From Camelus dromedarius (lineage: Eukaryota), in contig NC_087444.1 of assembly GCF_036321535.1 (NCBI RefSeq), positions 68,386,001-68,450,000 of the forward strand: DNA of 64,000 nucleotides, given 5' to 3'. Shown in pieces: positions 58,318-64,000 of this stretch (positions are counted from its first letter, which is position 1; the number at the start of each line of letters is the position of its first letter). The notes below the pieces were generated by a model that searched no databases, was not told the origin of the DNA, and worked only from the letters and a program-made list of their open reading frames with translations. The position numbers and the translations under genes are program-made.

Positions 58318-58551
58318 ATGTTTATTTTTCTACCTTTTGTAAAAATTTTGCAAATAAACAATGAGGAAAAGATGCTCTTTGTGGTCTGCGACTGCGTGTG
58401 TGAGGATTGGTCTACTTTTGCTGCCCTAACAAATTGTCCCAAACTGAGCATCTCAACACAAGTTGAATTCCTTCTCTCACATTTCCACAGGGCAGTGATC
58501 GGGTGAGCTCGCCTGGTTCCCCTGCTGTGGGTCTCACAAGGCTGAGTCATA

Positions 58552-59040
58552 GTGCAGTTGGCTGGTTGTTTGGGAGGCTCTGGGAACCATCTGCTTGAAA
58601 ACCCATCTAAGTTGTTGGCAGAATTCTGTTCCTTGTGGTGTCAGACTGATGTCCCATTTCCTTGCTGGCTGTGAAGGCCCATCCTTAACTCTTGGTGGTC
58701 TCTTTCTGGTCCTGGCACATGGACACTCTACCTCAGAGCCCGCGATGGTGGATCAGGTCCTCCTCATGCTTGGCAATCCCTCCCACTTCTCCTTCTGCCA
58801 CATTCTCCTCTGCCTCCAGCCTGAGAATATTTTCTGCTTTTAAGAACTCATGTGTTTAGATTGGGCCCTCTCGGGTTCCCCGGGATAATCTCCATATTTT
58901 AAAGTTAATAAACCTTAATTACATCAGTACAGTCCCTTTGGCATGTAACATGAAATATTTATAGCTTCTAGGGATGGTCTGGGTATTTTTGTGGGATTAT
59001 TATTCAGCCAAGCACAGTATATGTGTGATGGTGTGATGGT
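58552..59040. mobile_element. MLT1 LTR at the outer arm border (diverged counterpart at ~38480-38933)
   Basis: MLT1-like text (gaattctgttccttgtggtg...ttttaagaactcatgtgtttagattgggccc...ccttaattacatc), present in diverged form on both outer flanks. Confidence 0.65.
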
Positions 59041-61159
59041 GTCACTAGGTTGCATTCTGTTACAAGTAAAGTAATAGTAACTAAAAATGCCTTAATAATG
59101 AGAATATTTAGTATAGTACAGGATAAGGTGCCTTGAGCAGCAGTGGCTGGAATATCTTCCTGCGTGGTCAGTAGACTTGATTCTTGGGTTGCTTTGGCCT
59201 CTGACCCACACACACCCTGGGTCAGTCTTACTCATGTCATTGCTTGTGTTCCTCTGAGCATTCCATGGCTGGCCCTCTGATTTGAACCCTCAGTACCTTT
59301 TTGGGATTCTGTGACTCTGTCACTCTTAGATCTCAGTCCCTGAGGGATTTGGGGATCACAGGTGTCAAGTCCCAGTTATGATACTTTGGATTCTGCTATC
59401 GATATGGCCTTGTGTTTGCAAGCCCTGGTACCTGCGGTATAATTCTCTTCTCCTGGTGTCAACTCATTTTTATTTATTAAGTGGTGTTACACTTACTAGT
59501 GTGAGTGAAGGGTAACCCAACTGTGGACTCGGACCTGAATTTGATACTCAGATGGAACATTGACCTGCCAAGTCACTTTTAGTAATACACTTGCCTTTCC
59601 TGGCCTCTAGAGTTCTTCATCTGAAAATAACTTAGGGATGCCTCTCTTTGAAACGTTCATTTATTCATCCATGCAACCATTCAGTGGTCTGTTCATTCTA
59701 CATGGACAGTATTTCCTGGTTGCCTGTTAGTTGCCATTATTGGGGACACAGAGCCACAGGCTCTGGTCCTCAGGGAGTTTCAGACTGGGAAGCTGGTCAT
59801 CAAAGTTTGAGGAATAGAAAGGAGGTCGATGTGCTGGAGTCCAGAGCTCCGCAGAAGGGCTGGGAGTGAGGTTAGACAGGTAGACAGAGACCAGGGCCTT
59901 TGGGTCTGTGAGCTCTTTAAGTACTGGGATATTCCTGGACGATACATAGGGAATCACTGCAAAGTTTTAAGCAAAGAAGCAACTGCTCCATGTATGTTTC
60001 TAAAAGTTCAGGCCTCGGAAGAGGAGAGCTAACTGGAGTGCCTAAGAATGGGTGAGGGAGTTTGTGTGTGAGGTGATGGTGGTACGTATTCATGTAAAGA
60101 GGGTCTTCTGTAGATTAGAAACCATATACATTAAGCAATTAGTATCTCACCTGACGGACAGAAGTATCTCAATACAATAAAGGAGATGGTATGAATTTAG
60201 TGGCTAAAAATGCAAACCCTGAGGTCAGAGAGATCTTAGAATCCCAACTTCTGCTCACTTCGTTACTGTATGACCTGGCGAGTCAGCTAAACTTTTCATT
60301 TCCAGTCAGTACAATAGTTCTAATATCCTTCCTCGTCGGGTGGTTGTGGGAATTAAATGTGTTAAATCTTGTCAAGTACTCAAGCACAGACCCTGGCACA
60401 ACATAAGGACTCATTATTAAATCAATTTATCATCATTAAAAATTTTTTCTAACATGTGAGCTGTCAAATAAGAGAGGAAGCTTTATCCAAAGGCCCTATC
60501 TCTAAAATGGATAAAAGAGACACAGTTGTCAGCTCAACAAAAATTTCTCATGAGGTTCTTTTTGGCACAGCCCCTCCCCCACATCCTTTCGGGGTGAATC
60601 TTTATTGACCTAAACCAATCATGGGATTGGTTTGTGCAGACATGACTATGTGACTGCATCCGCCAGGATCCCAGCAGGATACCAAATGATCCAATGGGGT
60701 AAGGGATTTATTTAAGCAACAAAGTACAGATGAGGGGCATGGTTAAAGGAAACCGACAGAGGGAAGCCCCCAGGCCCAGCCAATAGCCAGAAGCCGTCAC
60801 CATTCCTAAGCCACCAGAAGTGACATGGGAGGGAGTGGTTACTAGTCCCCCGACAGAGATTCTGGAATAACACTGCTGCCAGCCCACAGCCCAGCAGGGA
60901 AGTAGACAACAGAGTAAACACCCACCTGCTCTCTTCTCCCACCTCCAATCTTCTGCCGACACCTCCCCTTGCCGACCCCAGCTGGAAGACAGAAGGTCGG
61001 GGAGTCCCCACTGATGTAATCCTGGACCCAGAGCAGAGTGGAGAGTGAACCTAGAGGGAAAAGAGAGGACATGTGTCACAGTGATCCAATTTGGGCCCAT
61101 GAGGAGGGGAATTTGGCCTGGAGGGAGGTAGATGCTCTCAGAAAGGTTTTATCGTGTTA

Positions 61160-62160
61160 CGTGTGATAGGCTGAACAATGGCTTTCCCAAGGACACTCCT
61201 GTGCCAATCCTTGGAAACTGTAAATGCAACCTTATTTGGGGGAGGGAAAAAAAAACCCTCTTTGTCAATGTGATTAAATTAAGTATTTTGAGATGAGTGA
61301 GTTCACCCTGGATTATCAGGGTGAGACCTGAATGCTGTGACAAGCAGTCATTATGAGAGGCACAGAGGGAGATTACACATGCAGAAGGGGAGGTGGTAAT
61401 GTTGTAACAGGGAAGAACAAATCTGACTCCATATTAGATCTGTTCCTTTAGCTCTAACCCTGTGCTCTGTTTCCTGGGCTTAGTCATGCTGGTTCTGCAC
61501 CTTTTGTAGAAAAATGTTGCCTAGAGCCTGAAATATACAGGATAGCCTATTCTTAAGGCTCTGACCTTTAAGGATATAACACTTTCCCACTCATAGAAAG
61601 ATGAAAAGTTGCAGAACAGAGAATAACATTTGTCTTGTTGGAGGTTTACGGGAACATGGTGACCTGACCTAGTGGACAGCTGTAAGAACAAAGGATTCAG
61701 ACACCAAAAAGTTTGCAACAACGAACCACACCCACGTTCTTTTTTACTATAAGAGGAGCCTGAATTCTGACTTGGGTAACGTGGTTCTAGGCCACCATAT
61801 TCTCAGTCTGCTGGCTTTTCAAATAAGGTCACTGTTTCTTGCCCCAACAACTTGTCTCTAAATGTACTGGCTTGTTGTGCAGTGAGCTTGGACTTGGTAA
61901 TGATGTGACCAAGGAAGCAGAGGTTAGAGCTGTACAGCCACAAGCCAAGGAGTGCCAGCAGCCACCAGAAGCTGGAAAAGGCCAGGAATAGTTTCTCCCC
62001 TAGAGCCTCTGAAGGTAGCATGGCCTTGCTGATACATTGATTTTGGCCCAGGGATATTGATTTTGGCCTTCTGGCCTCATAAACATGAGAGAATAAATTT
62101 CTGTGGCTTTATGCATCAAAATTGGTGGTAATTTGTTACAGTAGCCACGGCAAACTTACA
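61160..62160 (+). mobile_element. MLT1 LTR split by an ERV1-type solo LTR
   Basis: MLT1 halves at ~61160-61402 and ~61903-62160 rejoin as ggtggtaatgtgaccaagg. Confidence 0.7.
61403..61902 (+). mobile_element. ERV1-type solo LTR with a 4-bp TSD (ATGT)
   Basis: Starts TGTAACAGG and ends cttggacttggtaatg; ATGT at 61399-61402 and 61903-61906. Confidence 0.7.
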
Positions 62161-62740
62161 CAGTTCATTACAGATATATGGACCTACTCTAGTCAATGCT
62201 GGCAGTAAGAGTGTGTTAAGTGGCTTATAGAAGGGTCAGGAAGGTTGAACAAACAGTTTCTGTGTTGACCATCAGGTATAACTTCAAGAGCCAAACCATG
62301 TACCAGGGCTTTTCAAGGGCCCACTACATTTCTAGGATCAGGATCCTGACTGCTTAATTAGAATTGGCTTCCACCACCATGATCAGGAAGGCAGCACAAA
62401 CAGAGGTCAGTCACAATTATGGGACAACTGCCATCAGGAAACTGCTATGATCAGAAAACTACCACAGAAAGTGGACCCCTCCACAGTGATGGGGCCAGCA
62501 GAAGCAGGACTCCACCCCACGACCGTCATTCAAATCTTGCCTGAGTGCATCTGATTAGAGGAACCCAGATGTAACGCAGTTCCCAGCTGCACAGGAGTCA
62601 GAAATGTAGTTTCAAGCCTTTCAGCCCCTGCAAGTAGGACAGCACACAAGAGGAGAGCTGAAGTGAATGCAGAACACCAATGTACAATATTCAAGATAGG
62701 TTTCCTGATTGTTAATAGGAGATACTGTTGCAGAAAAATG

Positions 62741-63307
62741 TGTTACAGCTGGGTGTTACAGCTCAGTTGTGACAGCAAGCAGCACTGGGAGAGTTGGAGA
62801 ACTCAGGTTTATTACACTAGCGGGCCCAGAAAACTTAACACTTCAAGCTCTGGACCCCATCTGTAGGTTTACACAGGCCTTTTATAGGCTGCCATTCTTA
62901 CACTTTGCAACATCATATGCAAATAAAGTATAACAGAAGTTGACCAATCAGGAACAAGCTTTGTAGAAATAGCCCAATCAGGAGTGAGGGGAATGGACCA
63001 ATCAGGAGTGAGAGAAATAACCAATCAGGAGTGAGCTCCATGCAAATAAAGTACTACAAATGGACCAATCAGAAGTTAGGGAAGTGGACCAATCAGAAGT
63101 GAGAGTAATAACCAATCAGGAGTGAAGGAAATAACCAATCAGAAATAAGATCAGGGAACCAATAAAATTTTAGGTGTAAGTTAGCTGCTTTAGAGGCAAA
63201 AAGTGAGCTAGAGGCTCTGGGCCAAGGAACTGGACGGTGCTGGGAGGAGAGCAGCGGCCTTGCCTAGGGGTCCAGCCGGTCTTTTTATGGGGCTTCCCGC
63301 CTCAACA
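62741..63307 (-). mobile_element. ERV LTR with a tandem CCAAT/octamer U3 array, TATA box and poly(A) signal
   Basis: Minus strand starts TGTTGAGGCGGG (63307). CCAAT x9 (62944-63163), ATGCAAAT x2, minus-strand TATAAAA 62886-62880, minus-strand AATAAA 62813-62808, and it ends ...gctgtaaca. The left boundary is uncertain and I found no TSD. Confidence 0.65.
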
Positions 63308-64000
63308 CTAGGAGGTCATTCCATCCCTTTCTTACCCTGGATGTTGCCATGTCTGCATGTGAAGCCTGGAACTTCAGCAGCCATCGTGGGATCATGAGGA
63401 TCTGGGGATAAGCCAATTCTCTAAGACTAGAAGATCAGACAGGTGGAAGGAATCTAAGCCCTCCATACTTCCTTGATCTAAAATGCACTATCTTCCCTCC
63501 AGAGCCACCTACGTTTAGACTCCTTACTTGTGGCAACATACATTTTTCTTTAAGGCTTAAGCCCAGGTGAGATAGGGTTTTCAGTTATTTGCAGTCAAAG
63601 CTGAAGAAAACTGCTTTGCCTAAATTCACACCTCACTCCATGGCAGCCTGCATCAATGACTGATGAACATGGGAGTATAAAAACCCAGATCCTTCATCCC
63701 AACTCAAGACAATTCTGAAGGGTGATCCAGAGCTCCCACAAGGTTGAGAGAGGACTTGATCGGGAATGTATCACAGTTCAACTTCCTCTCTGCCCAATTC
63801 TGCTTCAGTCCCCTCTCTCCCACAGATGTTGATCTCAAAAGCCCTCCCTACCCTTCTCTCTGGGAATCCCAGCTATGACACACAGCTACTGAGAGGATGC
63901 TAGAGGCAGAAAGAAAGTTCCTGCTCCTCTCTTCTCTCATTGGCAGAACTTATCAGAAGGTGGCAAAGTAGCCTAGGAAAATGTAGTTTGTAGGCTTTCC

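Larger units (their letters stand above)
52208..58551 (+). repeat. Right arm of the inverted duplication
   Basis: Mirror of 38934-45278. Differences I found: 38945/58540, 39004/58481, and C9 vs G8 in IFNL4 intron 4. Confidence 0.97.

Noticed and set aside
62940-63165. Regularly spaced direct repeats resembling a CRISPR array
   Set aside because: The DNA is eukaryotic, the spacers are related to one another, there are no cas genes, and the array sits in an LTR U3 region.
58552-64000. An IFNL1 gene expected from human synteny
   Set aside because: No IFNL-like exons were seen in this interval; if present, the gene lies outside the window.

Overview
Mammalian, intron-containing genomic DNA, most likely from a camelid: five Vic-1-like tRNA-derived SINEs are present and I saw no Alu or Bov-A. 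The window is syntenic with the human PAK4-NCCRP1-SYCN-IFNL locus. Left to right: all coding exons of PAK4 (+, 3552-12714; one exon partly hidden by an N gap); a frameshifted FTL retrocopy that keeps its iron-responsive element, inserted in an old L1 (16543-17450); NCCRP1 (+, 23556-26372); and SYCN (-, 27831-29154). Next is a 19.6-kb palindrome (38934-58551) of two ~6.34-kb almost identical inverted arms around a 6.9-kb spacer. Each arm carries an intact IFNL3-like gene and an intact IFNL4 gene, in the order IFNL3(-), IFNL4(-), spacer, IFNL4(+), IFNL3(+). The near-perfect core is bordered on both sides by older, clearly diverged homology, which suggests an ancient duplication homogenised by gene conversion; an assembly artefact must be excluded. 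Right of the palindrome are an ERV1-type solo LTR nested in an MLT1 element and a second LTR with an Oct + 9xCCAAT + TATA cassette pointing back at the interferon genes. There are three N gaps (6438-6577, 35498-35629, 47703-47852). Gene calls come from recalled protein sequences and hand-read splice sites. Repeat family names are from memory of consensus sequences and repeat boundaries are approximate. No searches or alignments were run.
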